Shown in pieces: positions 13,239 to 13,358 of a stretch of 13,358 nucleotides of DNA (the first letter of the stretch is position 1; each line of letters starts with the position of its first letter). Location of the stretch: the IMG/VR virus record IMGVR_UViG_3300045988_053599, positions 1 to 13,358 of that record; one strand, given 5' to 3'. The notes under the pieces are model-generated. The model searched no databases. It saw nothing but the letters and a program-made list of their open reading frames with translations, and had not been told where the DNA came from. Source of the DNA: a virus. A program made the translations under genes and the position numbers.

Positions 13239-13358
13239 TCATACCCACTCCCCTACCCGGCAGGGGTGTGGGTACTGTTATATGCGGGCACTAGCAGATT
13301 GCACAAAAATATATGCGATTGGGGGAAAAATTTTGTGCAAAATGCTATTACGTGTCCC
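13239..13358. repeat. Right inverted terminal repeat (ITR), 120 bp
   Basis: Exact reverse complement of 1..120. Confidence 0.97.

Noticed and set aside
1-13358. Inverted repeats considered as the ends of a transposon, IS element or casposon-like element.
   Set aside because: No transposase, integrase or Cas1 gene is present. The cargo is a full capsid, portal, packaging and protein-primed replication set, so the ITRs are best read as linear-genome replication origins.

Overview
The window appears to be one complete linear phage genome of 13,358 bp. Bases 1..120 are the exact reverse complement of 13239..13358, giving perfect 120-bp inverted terminal repeats that start 5'-GGG. All 18 credible genes lie on the minus strand, nearly all preceded by GGAGG-type ribosome-binding sites. 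The content is a miniature phi29-like, protein-primed podovirus.

Read right to left:
- Three small early genes, the third a p5-like ssDNA-binding candidate.
- A strong intrinsic terminator.
- A small ORF, then a terminal-protein candidate.
- A family-B protein-primed DNA polymerase with Exo I/III, SAYP, NSYYG and YCDTDS motifs.
- A gp16-like packaging ATPase.
- A 134-bp non-coding gap holding a near-consensus promoter followed by a multi-hairpin RNA and a U-tract.
- The late genes: YvrJ-like small membrane protein, an unknown, scaffold, phi29 gp8-like capsid, terminator, gp9-like tail knob, M23 peptidase, gp10-like portal, lower-collar candidate, fibre protein, small fibre-like protein, and an SGNH-esterase fibre carrying a 33-bp x3 tandem repeat.

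No tRNA, CRISPR array, integrase or transposase was seen. Long plus-strand ORFs look like antisense shadows in a moderately GC-rich sequence.

Most interesting points:
- Very small genome with long ITRs.
- The promoter/structured-RNA/U-tract unit next to the packaging ATPase, which could be a pRNA-like RNA or an early-to-late switch.
- Strictly unidirectional layout.
- An operator-like palindrome over the right-end promoter.
- A strongly acidic first gene.
- Enzymatic virion proteins, with no separate canonical endolysin.

All homology statements rest on motif recognition and sequences recalled from memory. No searches were run.
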